Origin: the human T2T-CHM13v2.0 reference genome, Homo sapiens
DNA length: 64,000 bases
Strand: one strand, 5' to 3'
Assembly (NCBI RefSeq): GCF_009914755.1
Contig: NC_060940.1
Position 1 is the stretch's first letter, and every line of letters begins with the position of its first letter. A model generated the notes under the pieces. The model ran no database searches, was not told the DNA's origin, and worked only from the letters and a program-made list of their open reading frames with translations. Shown piece by piece: positions 1 to 24,330 of the stretch. Made by a program: the position numbers and the translations under genes.

Positions 1-402
1 TGCTCGCCTAGAATTACACCCTGCACCCAGAGTGTGCTCCTGTCTGATGTTCCATGATCCAGCAGCCATGGGGCAGCTGGAAGCAGACACAGTGCTGTTC
101 TTTGTGTGGCTGTTTTTCTAACTGGGCAGGGTTCAGGCTGCCTTAGAAGAGCCATTCAAACCTGTCTCGGGAGAAATGGGAAATGAGGCTCCGGGGCAGC
201 GAGCCACAACCACCACTCCCCTCTCCCGACACTGTCTGCCTCATTTTCTAGAACTCGTGGGAAGCCAAGGCAGCAATTAATCCCACTGCAGGGAGAAGGG
301 TAGAGTCCTTCTCAGAAGCCCTGCCTCTAAACCAAGCCCCAAAGAGGAGACTTCTCTGGAGGAACCGAAGAAACGGTATTCACCTCAAAGTGGAAACAGA
401 GA

Positions 403-911
<509 letters not shown>

Positions 912-1076
912 CTAGAAAACTTTGAAAGTCCCTTGGAGAACACGTGTTCAAGACTTCTTTCTATCAGAGTGCTGTCCAACAGAATCTTCTGTGAGGATGG
1001 AAATGCTCTGTATCTGCTGCCCAATATAGCAGCCACCAGTCACGTAAGGTTATTGGGCGTCTAAAATGTGGCTTGT

Positions 1077-1380
<304 letters not shown>

Positions 1381-1822
1381 AAATGAGCTAGTGTGAGTGA
1401 AGAACTGAATTTTTTTTGTTTTAGCTTCTTTTTCATCTTTTTACTTGCCAATGAATTTTTACTTGTATTTAAGTTTAAGCAATTTAAATGTGAAAACTAA
1501 CAATTCAATTATTGGGAAGCTTTTATGTAAGTCTGGGACAACTTGAATATATGAATCATTTTTTCAATGGTAAATTTGATGAACACTGAATATAGATCAA
1601 AATGTTTTTTGATAAAAATTTAGCATTCAATTTGGGATAGAATGTCAATGTAAAAATACACCCTGGGTTTCAAAACTTAGTAGGAAAAAATGAATGTAAA
1701 ATATCTCATTAATAATTTCTTATATTGATATATTAAAATGACCACAGCTTAGATATATGAAGTTAAGTAAAATGTATTGTTAATTTCACCTGTTTCTTTG
1801 TACCTTTCAAAATGTGGCTACT

Positions 1823-2726
<904 letters not shown>

Positions 2727-3877
2727 TTAAATGATGTAATGAAGCTTGCTTTCTGCTCCTAATATACAGCAAAGCTGTGAGCCGTGGGAGTCACAGAAGG
2801 TTATAGAGAAGGGGAAAGGCCCAACCCCAGAAAAGACAGATGAGACAGAAGGTCTTTAAGAGGAGCAAGAAGCAAAGTAGAGAAGGCCACAGAAGCAGGA
2901 GGGCAGGGTGGGGCTGTAATGAGATCGCAGGAGGTGTTTGTGAAAACAGGCTCTGGTTTAACACTGAGACATGGTGTAAAGTGGTTTGAGGCGTGTTGCT
3001 AGTTTCCTCTGACGTACAGGAACAGAAATGCAGCAGTCCCAGCTTGCCCCTAAACTCAGCGGACATCCCTCCCAGATGACCCCGGGAACCCCTGACATCT
3101 GCTTCTGGCTTTGTTGAAACTTCCAGCAAAGGGAACGACAGGGCACCCTGGGGGTCTGGAGTGACCTACATCCGGGTTGAACGTCGAGGACTCGCCGTCA
3201 CAGCCCCAGACCCACCTCCATGATTTATGGTGAAAACTGACTCGTATAAAAACTTACAAGACCAGGAAAAGCCAGTGTGTACAGAAATCCTCAAGGAGCA
3301 TGGTTGGTCGTGATTGCCAATGGAATGCTTTGAGGGAAAACAAGGCCTGGGGCATCCTAAACCTCCAAGAGGCAATGGCTGAATTTGGCAGCGGCGCAAT
3401 TCCTGCAAAAACCACGGCCTCTCCTCCCAAAGTGAGGAAACTGCATCTTTACAGAGTCAACACACAGGTGTGGGGGATGGGAGGATGGGAGCTTTCTTTT
3501 GACGACCTTTAAAAGATGGGTGGGCCCCAGTTTCTCGTTTTGGAAATTAAGGCCTCGGCCACCGCCTCTCCCCCTTTATTGAGACCATCTTTCATGTGGT
3601 AACATCTTATCTTCTGGGATTTCGAGACACTGCCTCTTCTGAGCATTGCTTTGAGATCAAACAGCCACACAAACACATTTATAATTCTGAAAAGAACAAG
3701 AGCAACAGGCCAGAATAGTAAAAAAGACTCATAACCGCTGGTTTGGAAGTTTTCTAAATAAATTCCACAGTCTTCCCTCCCTCAGGCCCCAAGGCCAGGA
3801 AATGCCACCACGGTTAGTCCCATTTTGTTTCCCTTGTTTTGCGCCTTCATTTCAATTTGGCTTATCTCCTGGGATAA

Positions 3878-4331
<454 letters not shown>

Positions 4332-4342
4332 CTCTCCACACT

Positions 4343-4460
4343 GTGAACCTGGGAGATGGAGGCTGCAGTGAGCCGAGATCGTGTCACTGCACTCCAGCCT
4401 GGGTGACTGAGCGAGACTCCGTCTCAAAAAAAAAAAAAAAAAAAAAAAAGAAGGAAGAAA
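4343..4460 (+). mobile_element. Alu 3' fragment with poly-A
   Basis: GAGGCTGCAGTGAGCCGAGATCGTG...GACTCCGTCTC(A)n. Confidence 0.85.
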
Positions 4461-4724
4461 AGAAATTCGAACACTTTTTGAACAAAGGGCCTCGCGTTTC
4501 CATGCTGCACTGGAGCCCAGAAATTAAGTAGCCAAATGTGACCGGTGGTGACAGAAAAGGAAAAGGAGGCATTCCTGATCCATGGAGAATTTTGATCTGA
4601 CATGCCCAGCTGTGGAATCACTTTCACATCTATAAATATGCCACTTGGGATATCTTGGGGTCCCTTTTAGCCAAAAGTTTTCCTCATTCTACCTCTCAAC
4701 AATTTGCTCAACGAAAGGTATTCT

Positions 4725-5250
4725 TGCCCAGGCATGTTGGATCACGTCTGTAATCCCAGCACTTTGGGAGGCCGACGTGGGCAGATCACTTGAGCCCAAG
4801 AGTTTGAGACCAGTCTGGGAAACAAATTCAGACCATGTCTCTACAAATGGTACAAAAATTAGCCGGGCGTTATGGCAGATGCCTGTGGTCCTGGCTGCTC
4901 TGGAGGCTAAGGTAGGAGGATCACTTGAGCCCAAGAGTTTGAGACTGCAATAAGCTAGGATCACGCCACTGCTCTCCAGCCTGGGTGACAGAGCAAGACC
5001 TTGTCTCAAAACAAAAGAAAAAAAAATAGAGTCACAAAATCATATATAAAGACAATCTTTAAAAATTTTTTTTAATTAAAAAATATATATTAGCCAGACA
5101 CGGTTGCACAAACTTGTAGTCCCAGCTATTAAGGAAGCTGAGGTCGGAGGATTTGCTCGAGCCTGGGAGCTTGAGGTTACAGTGAGCTGTGATCACACCA
5201 CTGCACTCCAGCCTGGGTGACAGAGTGAGACCATATCTCTACACAAAAAA
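4725..5250 (+). mobile_element. AluJ-like plus right-arm Alu fragment
   Basis: Alu consensus motifs. Confidence 0.85.
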
Positions 5251-5266
5251 ATTATAATAATAATAA

Positions 5267-5558
<292 letters not shown>

Positions 5559-5807
5559 CAGAAATTATTAAAAACCAGAAAAATCATGAAAGGAAAATAC
5601 ACCCTCAGTGGAAGCAACACATTTGAACTCTGGAGGGATCACCTCTCTTTCTGCCTCCCTAATACATGAAAGTGCGTTTACTGTGCACTTTTATGCCACA
5701 TACTTGATGCCATGCAAAAAATACCTGCCAATGATGGGTTCCAACTCATTCTGTCACTGGGCACCTTGCAATTCAAGGTGACCTGCTTCTTAGTAAACAG
5801 GCAATAG

Positions 5808-6318
<511 letters not shown>

Positions 6319-6675
6319 CTCAGTTTTGTTAAAAGTGGAGGCAAAAAACCCAGGAACCCGCAGGGAGAAGCCACAGTGTCAGACCCAGCGATCATCCGTG
6401 CCCTTAACTGATATTAATGCACCGATCTGGAATCCTCGGGACGTGGAAATAAACTCCACGAGGGACCTCACTTTCAGCAACAGATCTGCTTCTAAACAAT
6501 TCAGCCTCAACAGCCTCAGAATTCTCTGGAATAGGCCAGTGCAAGCTGCTACTTCGGGCACTCACAAGGTCCTGGGTGTCATCCTACTCCTTGCGCGCCC
6601 AAAACGGGTTCATTCAACGTTTGCACAATCAAACCTGCAGGTCAAAAGGTACAGTGTTCTAGATAGAATCTTGAA

Positions 6676-6778
6676 TTTTTTTTTTTTAATGGGGAGATTG
6701 CAGGGGAGTGCAATGGATAAGCCTCACCCTGGGAAAACCACGTTCATGATTATGGTATCGCTCCTGCTAACTAAGTAT
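6676..6778 (-). pseudogene. Retroposed, 3'-truncated U1 snRNA pseudogene with oligo-A tail
   Basis: Minus strand reads ATACTTAGTTAGCAGGAGCGATACCATAATCATGAACGTGGTTTTCCCAGGGTGAGGCTTATCCATTGCACTCC-CCTGCAATCTCCCC then A12, matching the first ~100 nt of U1. Confidence 0.92.
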
Positions 6779-6894
6779 GACCTTGAATCCTAAATGCAAA
6801 GGAAAAGATCAGACTTCGGGAAGCCCGGGGTGGCCAGCCTAGCAGTTTTATCACTGATCATTCCGGCTCCACGACAGCCCTGGAATGAACCTCG

Positions 6895-7091
6895 AAAGCA
6901 CAAAAGGCTACAGATCAAATGATTCCACTGAGATGAAATGCCCAGAATAGGTGAATTCATAGAGATACAAAGCACATCACTGGTGGCCAGGGATGGGTGT
7001 ACAGCAGTGGGAGGAAATGGGTATGGGGTTCTTTTGGGGATGATGAAAATGTTCTGGAACCAGATGGAAGTTGATGGTTGCACAATGCTAC

Positions 7092-7115
<24 letters not shown>
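6895..7115 (+). mobile_element. Old L1M 3' UTR fragment
   Basis: ATGATTCCAC..ATGAAATGCCCAGAATAGG..TTTTGGGGATGATGAAAATGTTCTGGAAC typical of L1MB/MC 3' ends. Confidence 0.75.
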
Positions 7116-7494
<379 letters not shown>

Positions 7495-7865
7495 TGAATT
7501 ACTCACTTTTAAATGGTTATCTTTATGTGACTTTCTCTTCACTAAAAAGCGGGGGGCGGGGGGGTGGGGGGAGGTGCGGGGAGGAGACACTGCTGGAAAT
7601 CTCTAATCTTACTATCCCAAGTCAAGGCCTTAAAACTGAGCCTCTAAGTTGGCTGCTGGTCTTGGTTCAGTCCATCCCGGGCCCGTTTGTTTAAAATCAA
7701 GCCACGTGGGTCTTTCTGACACCCCTCATTGTGCTCTTGACTAGCGCGACTCCCTGCTCCGGGTTTGTGGGGACTGAGAAGATTCCCAGGATGCACTGGT
7801 GCCCCTACCAACCGCACAGTCTCTCGTGGCGTCTCCCGCCACACCTGCCTTGCTTGGATGTTCCC

Positions 7866-7886
7866 AAACATGTCACGGGCATGCTC
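7866..7886. promoter_or_regulatory. Candidate p53 response element
   Basis: AAACATGTCA-C-GGGCATGCTC = 19/20 match to 2x RRRCWWGYYY, 1-bp spacer. Confidence 0.55.
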
Positions 7887-8009
7887 TTTCTTCCGTCTGC
7901 CTCCTTCCTGATGGGTCTGGCAAATTCCGCTTAGCTTGCGTGTCACCTCCTCCAAGAAGCCCTCTCTGCTTGCCCCCGGGAGAATTCATTCCTCCTGGAG
8001 CCTCTCTAT

Positions 8010-8240
8010 ATGGTGCAGAGGTCAAGGGCACAGACTCTGGAGCTAGACCCCCTGGGTTCCTCCAGGCGCCCCATGCCCCAGGGCATGACTTTAGTGCCTC
8101 AGTTTTCCCATCCGTAAAATGGGTACACTGATAGTTTCTTCCTCATAAGGCTCTTGAGAGGATGAAATGAATCCATTTGCAAAAAAGGACCAGAGCAACT
8201 TGGAACACATAAGCACTCGGTATGTGTCAGCTGTTATTAA
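8010..8240. mobile_element. MIR
   Basis: GTGCCTCAGTTTTCCCATCCGTAAAATGGG core. Confidence 0.75.
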
Positions 8241-8389
8241 CTCATGTTTGTTTGCTGTATTTGTCATAAAGCAGTTTTCTTCACTTGTCTGTCTTCCTAT
8301 CTGGTCATAGACCCCATAAGAGCAGGAACTGACACTAAAATCTGCATCCCAGCACCTAGAAAGAGGGCCAAAACATTATGGGTGCTTCA

Positions 8390-8505
8390 TAGGGTGACCC
8401 AATGTCCCAGTCTCCCTTGGACAGAGGGGTTTTTCCCTGGATGCAGGACTTTTGGTGCTAAATCTAGGAAAGTCTCAGGCAAACTGGGACAAGTTGGTCA
8501 CTCTG
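8390..8505 (+). mobile_element. MER81-like hAT-Blackjack MITE
   Basis: TAGGGTGACC...GGTCACTCT terminal inverted repeats, ~115 bp. Confidence 0.75.
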
Positions 8506-8537
8506 GTACTTCAACAGTTTGTAGAAAGCAATACCTA

Positions 8538-8918
<381 letters not shown>

Positions 8919-9223
8919 AGATTTAGGAGTAGACATGAAACAGCAGGAAGGGCTTACTCCAATAGCTCTAACATAGAATCTGAGAAAACGACATTTGTAA
9001 AGGAAGATGTTTATGTAATGACAAGCCTCCATATAGATGGTCTCACAGTTCAGCTCAAGGTAACACGAGGATTTATGGTGCAGATGCCAGCACATCACCA
9101 AATATGCTCAAGAACTGGAATCCGTGAATTGAGCCTGGAGTCCTTCATTTCCTCCGGGATTCCTGGGGGCAGTGTATTGTTTCTCAACAGGGCACCCTAG
9201 GATGTCCAGGCAGGAGGAGATCA

Positions 9224-10415
<1,192 letters not shown>

Positions 10416-10649
10416 AAAAGAGAGAGGGTAGTTCTTACCACTGTATTATCCATTCAGAACCTTGAGTCATGAGCAGGCTCCCCAATGTCCCCACCCCATC
10501 AAATTCAGAAATACTTGTCACTCCACGCTCATCACCTGGTCCTTGGGGTAGCCCTAAAGCCACTTGTTCAATGGGGACAAGGTGTCATCCGTTCCCCAGA
10601 AATGACACTGGCTTTCTTCATGGGTATCAAGCAGATTCTGAGTCTCTAA

Positions 10650-11627
<978 letters not shown>

Positions 11628-11776
11628 AATCAAGATAACTTAACATGTGGAAATTTCAGAAACACCTCTGTGTGTCCCCCTGTTATTTACAAGAGTCACA
11701 GATTCACTCATAGCTCAGGGAGAGTAGGAATGGCGTGGACTACGGCCTGGTCAACTGAACACCCAACTGTTACTCA

Positions 11777-12155
<379 letters not shown>

Positions 12156-12625
12156 GTTAAAATGGCAGAATTTTAAGGCAGGTCAAACCTTTAAGAGCAG
12201 AAACTCTAAGACCCAGGCTCCTTGGTTCAAATCCCAACTCTGCCACTTCTACGGTGTGCAAATGGGGGTGAGTTGCCAAATTTCTCTCAGGTTTCCTCAT
12301 CTGGAAAATGGGCCAACAGTAGTACTTACACTTCAGAGGGCTGCTGTGAGAATGTAGTGAGCAAAATACACCGGAACATTGGGTAAGCAGGTTACTATTA
12401 TATCAACACACAGCTGTCATTACAGAGGAGAGTAAAACCCAGGGAGGGGGTGACTTTCCCACAGTCACACGGGGGCTTCACTGTGAGAGGCAGGAGGACC
12501 CAGGCACAGACCTCATCCCGCCACAGGGACCTGTTCTGTACCCAGTACCTCCACGGCTTCACAGGTAGACATTCACTTGTTTGGCTAAATCCCCTACAGT
12601 CTGACCTTCCCACCCCTACCCGCAG

Positions 12626-13595
12626 TGTGGGCGACAGAATAATGCTCCCCAAAATTGTTCACAGCCTAATCCCTGGAAGCTCTGAATATGTGACCTTAAG
12701 TGGTAAAGACAGACTTTGTGTATGTGATTAAGAATCTTGAGATGAGGGGGTTATTCTGGATTAACCAGGTAGGCCCGGTGTAATCACAAAGGTCCTTATA
12801 AGAGAAAGGTAGAGGAGTTCGAGACCAGCCCTGGCCACATAGAGAGACCTCATCACTACAAAAATTACAAAAATTATCAAGGTGTGATAGCGCACATGTA
12901 TCATCCCAGCTACTTGGGAGGCTGAGGTAGAAGGAGGTTGGGGGGTGGGGTCTAGGGGGTTGAGGCTGCAGTGAGCCACAGCTGCACCACTACACTCCAG
13001 CCTGGGCAACAGAGCAAGACCTCTGTTGGGTTTAAATGTAGAAAAAGGAAGCTGTTGGCTTTGAAGGGGGAGGAAGGAGCCATAAATTAAGAAATGCAGG
13101 CGGCCTCTGGAAGCTGGGAAAGGCAAGACCATGGATTTTCCCCAGGAGCCTCCAGGAGCACAGTCCAGCTGACACTGCTATTTTTTGTGTGTTGTTGAGT
13201 CCAAGTCTCACTCTGTCGCCCAGGCTGGAGTGTAGTAGTGCGATCTCAGCTCACTGCAACCTCCGCCTCCCAGGTTCAAGCGATTCTCCTGCCCCAGCCT
13301 TCTGAGTAGCTGGGATTACAGGCACCCAACACCATGCCTGGCTAATTTTTGTATTTTAGTAGAGATGGAGTTTCACTATGATGGCCAGGCTGGTCTCAAA
13401 CTCTTAACCTCAGGTGATTCGCCTGCCTCGGCCTCCCAAAGTGGTGGGATTACAGGCGTGAGCCACTGCGCCCAGTCGACACATTGCATTTAATCTGAGG
13501 AAGCCCACTGCAGACTTCAGGCTCCAGAACTGGAAGATACTACATTCACGTTACCTAAGCCACTGAGTTCAGGGTAATGTGTTAGAAAACTCATC
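12626..13595 (+). mobile_element. MLT1D-like MaLR LTR interrupted by two Alus
   Basis: TGTGGGCGACAGAATAATGCTCCCCAAA start; GATTAAGAATCTTGAGATG; GCCTCTGGAAGCTGGGAAAGGCAAG; TAAGCCACTGAGT near end. Confidence 0.75.
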
Positions 13596-13924
13596 CATCC
13601 ACCCTCATAGCTGGGTTGCCCAGATTCCCCACTGGCCCTGCAGATTCTCAATGGGCACTCTTCCCCCTCCCACAGCAGGGGGCACCAGGCAGAGGTCAGA
13701 CCCCCTCAACCTCCCACCTTAACCCCCAGGCATCTGTCTGCCCGCCCTGGGCTCAGAAGCAGCCCTCCTCCTCTGGTTCAAACTTCAATCTGGTGAATGT
13801 GGCCATCTCTAGGTGGGAGTGGGCCCTGTGGTCTCTGGGAGGGACTGTGCTCAGACAATGTCCCCTCTTGCCAATCACGCCCTCTCGGCTGGCTCTTTTC
13901 CTGAGGTCTCCTAAATGGTTTAAT

Positions 13925-14235
13925 CTTTCCAAGCACGGTGGCTCATGCCTGTAGTCCCAGCACTTTGGGAGGTGAGGTGGGGAGATCACTTGAATCCAGG
14001 AGTTCAAGACCAGCCTGAGCAAAATGGCAAAACTCTGTCTCTTTTTTTAATTAGCCAGGTGTGGTGGTGCGCACCTGTAGTCCCACCTACTCACAGGGCT
14101 GAGGTGGGAGAATCACTTGAGCCCAGGAGTTTGAGGCTGCAGTGAGCTGTGATCACGCCACTGCACTCCTGCCTGGGTGAAAGAGCAAGACCCTATCTCA
14201 AAATAAATAAATAAATAAACAAACAAACAAATAAA
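13925..14235 (+). mobile_element. AluJ-like
   Basis: Alu with (AAAT)n(AAAC)n tail. Confidence 0.88.
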
Positions 14236-14539
14236 CAGATCAAAACAAAATCCCCCTCCTGCCTTAGCCTGGGTCCTCAGCCCCTCCAGTGACCTGCCTC
14301 TCCTCCAAATCCACCTTCCACATCAAGACACTCCTGTTCCCTTCCTGCTCCCCAGGTACGCAGGGTCTGCACGAAGCCCTTGTGGTTCCCCCCACCCCTC
14401 AACCTCAAACGCATCAAGCTGACCACAGCCCTCCCCTAGACAACACCCCGAGTCCTCATGCATGAAATGATGCTCCAGTCCTCCTCAAAAGCAGGGAGAT
14501 GCAACTAAAACCACACAGAGACAGATGATCGGGCTGAAT

Positions 14540-17210
<2,671 letters not shown>

Positions 17211-17984
17211 CTAAAGTTCTTTTTTTTTCATGTTGCACTATGATCCAGTTTTCCTCCAGGGGGTTCTAAACACCAATGGTGGACAAAGGATTGAGAGATG
17301 TGGACCCTCCCTTGCCGGCCTTATGGAACCCATATAGGGAGGCAAAGTCAACCAACAGGGGCAGATGTGGGAGAGATATGAAGGGGAGACTGGGTATAGT
17401 TTCTTTTTTTGTTTTGGGAGGGGTACGGTTCCTAGGAGCGAGTGGAGGATCTGGGGACAAGGGCAAGGGGGCAGATCTGGGTACAGCGGGGACAGACACC
17501 CAGAAGCCATGTACCTGTGTCCCGTGGGGCAGGTGAGTAGTGCGGGGCCAGGAAAGTGAGGTCGTGTTACAGGAGCCTTCACATCACAAGGTGGGCACCA
17601 GCGCCTGGGTTTATGGGGGACCCCACCAAAGGGGCTTCTATTTCAAAAACCAGCAGTCCAAGAACAACTTGAAAACCCCCAGGGGGATTCAACTCCTGCC
17701 AAGAAGGAGAGTTCAGAGTCTAAAAATAAGCTTCAAAACCGAGAATACCAAGAGAACCACCCACCGCAGAAGCCATCCCAACAACTCGCGGTCAGCGTAA
17801 ACACACATCAAAGGTCTCACAGCCCACGGCCAAGGGTGTCTTCTCCCGAGAACACAAAAAACCAAGTTGAAACACAGCAGAAACCCCAGTCTCCATAGCT
17901 TCTGGTGTTGCTTCATTCTGACCCACAGCCTCTGTAAACATTCCCCCGAAAAAAGTATCTTAACCTTTTTCTTTTCTTTTTTCT

Positions 17985-18270
17985 TTCTTAAACTGAACTT
18001 TGTTTTACAATCGGGGTCTCGCTGTGTTGCCAAGGCTGCAGTGCAGTGGCGCAATCATAGCTTACTACAGCCTTGAACTCCTGGGTTCGAGTGATCCTCC
18101 CACTTCAGCCTCTCGACCAGCTGGGACTCCAGGCACACGCCACCATGATTAGCTAGTTTTTTTAATTTTTAATTTTTTATAGAGACGGGGTCTCACTATG
18201 TTGCCCAGGCTGGCCTCAAGTGATCCTCCCAAAGCGTTGGGATTACAGGCATAAGCCACTGCACTCAGCC
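17985..18270 (-). mobile_element. AluJ-like
   Basis: Reverse Alu. Confidence 0.85.
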
Positions 18271-18273
18271 TTA

Positions 18274-18732
<459 letters not shown>

Positions 18733-19395
18733 CTACACGGTCCCAGGCTGCCAACAGTCCAACATGGGGCTGATGGCGGCTCCATCCCACCAACACAATT
18801 TGCTGCTTCAAAGCCTCTGAGGACTTGGACACCAGCAGAACCCAGCGTGCAAGGACTCTGTGTAAAGTAAGAGTTCATAGTTGCCGTGGGCGCCTCCTCT
18901 GAGTGAGGTAAACAGGCTTGGGCATCTGCTTTGATGATAAATATATACCTTATTTGGGAGTCTTCTATTTGCTTACTTCCTTTGTTCTGGCCAAATTCCA
19001 GATGACTGCAGGTAGTCCAACTGTCTGTCTTTGAAAATTCCAGAAAACAGCAATCTTGCCTTTAGCAAGACTTACGGATAATGTGGGAACAGGGTGGTGG
19101 TGGACATTGCCTGTCAAGCGCTTTTCATGCCTGTTTCACATCCCCTGGCTGACACCACATGATCTAGCCCTTGATGACATATGTCTTCCTCCTGCATCCT
19201 AATTGCTTCCTGTCTGCAAGTTAGCTTCTATTAATATTTCCCTAACTGGACCATATTACGTTACTCTCTGCCCACCCCAGGGGAAGGGATGTGATCTATA
19301 TTTCCCCACGAGGGCTTGAGAAAGCCAAGTGCATCTGACATCCTTGCACAGCTGAGGTCTCCTGTGCCCATATGGCACATCTATCCCATCTATGA

Positions 19396-20724
<1,329 letters not shown>

Positions 20725-20931
20725 TTAACATCAGGAATACTTTACTCTCTCCCTTGATATTAACATCTGCAATGTCATGTGCATGTCATGTGCCCTCTGA
20801 TGTGACAGGATGAGAAGGACACTTCACCTCCGTGGTCTTCTCCTCCCAGAACCCACAACCCCACTGTAATCATGAGAAAAATATCAGACAACCCTGATTT
20901 GAGGGAAATTCTACAGAATCCCTCATCTTCA

Positions 20932-21315
<384 letters not shown>

Positions 21316-21322
21316 AACACAG

Positions 21323-21615
<293 letters not shown>

Positions 21616-21916
21616 ATATCAATGCAATGTAGTACCCTAGGTTAGGACCCTGGCCCAGAAAAAAAGGACATCAGTGGGAGAACTGGGAACTCCAGATAAA
21701 GTCTGGAGTTTGGTGAACAATAACATACCCTCATCAGTTTCTTGGTTTGACAAACATACTGTGTGATGTAAGATGTGAATAATGGAGAGAACCAGGAACT
21801 GGGTGAGGAACTCCCTGTACTAACTTCACAACTTTCTTGCAAATCAAAAATTATGCCAAAATTAAAAGTTTATTTAAATACTTTCAGGGATCCCACTTAT
21901 AAATGAGTCAGATAGG

Positions 21917-23357
<1,441 letters not shown>

Positions 23358-23967
23358 TAGGCCAAGAGTAAGAAAAACTATAAGGTGAAATGGAATAGGC
23401 AGGTCTTACCCCAAAGCACTCAAGTTCAACTTAAAAAAACAAAATTTGAGTGCTTTGGGGTGAGGCTCATGCCTGTAATGGCAATACTTTGAGAGGCCAA
23501 GATGGATGGATCACTTCACTCCAAGAGTTTGAGACCAGCCTGGGTAACATGGCGAAACCCTGTCTCTACAACAAAAAACCACTAAAATTAGTGTGGTGGC
23601 TGAGGTGGAAGGATGGCTTGAGCTCGAGAGGGAGGTTGAGGCTGCATGGAGCTGTGATCACGCCACTGTACTCCAGCCTGGCCAACAGAACAAGGCCCTA
23701 TCTCAAAAAATATATAAGTAAATAAAGTATATTTTGGTTAAATGCCAAAGACTAAGTGGGGGGTAAAGGAGAGTTTCTGACACTTCTAACTGATGAGGTG
23801 AAAAATAAAAAATAAAATAAAATAAAAAGATACCTAGAATTTCAGCAAAAGAACAGGTTTTAAAGGAATCTCCCAAACTCTGCCCAGCTGAATGCATATT
23901 TACACCTGACCACAAGTCCGCACTCCCCTCGAAAGGTATTTCACAGCTTCCACAAAGGAAGGACGAC

Positions 23968-24330
23968 AAAATTGAGCTCACAGAAGTAGAGAAAAGAACT
24001 GTGGTTACTGGAGGTTACAAAGGGGAGGGGAAGAGAGGCTAGAGAGAGGTTGGTTGATAGGTACAAAGTTACAGTTCAATGGGAGGAATAAGTTCTACTG
24101 TTCTGTAGAACTGTAGGGTGAATATGGTTAACAATTATTCAGTGTATATTTTCAAATAGCTAGAAGAGAGAATTCTGAATGCTCACAACACAAAGAAATG
24201 ATAAGTGTTTGAGGTGATGAACATGCCAATTACTCTTTGATCAATTACACACTGGAGACATATAAGAAAATATCACTCTTTATCCCATAAATGTGTATGA
24301 TTATTATGTGTCAACTAAAAATAAAAGAGA
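23968..24330 (+). mobile_element. L1MA-type 3' end
   Basis: TTTCAAATAGCTAGAAGAGAG..CAACACAAAGAAATGATAA..GAGGTGATG; ends AAAAATAAAAG. Confidence 0.8.

Noticed and set aside
3164-3408. Minus-strand GAT|GTAGGT donor-like site and 80-aa ORF in a non-Alu block
   Set aside because: Weak donor and no supporting acceptor or TSS evidence visible
6326-6793. 155-aa + strand ORF
   Set aside because: Non-ATG start, antisense to LITAF, ends in the antisense U1 pseudogene; no recognisable protein
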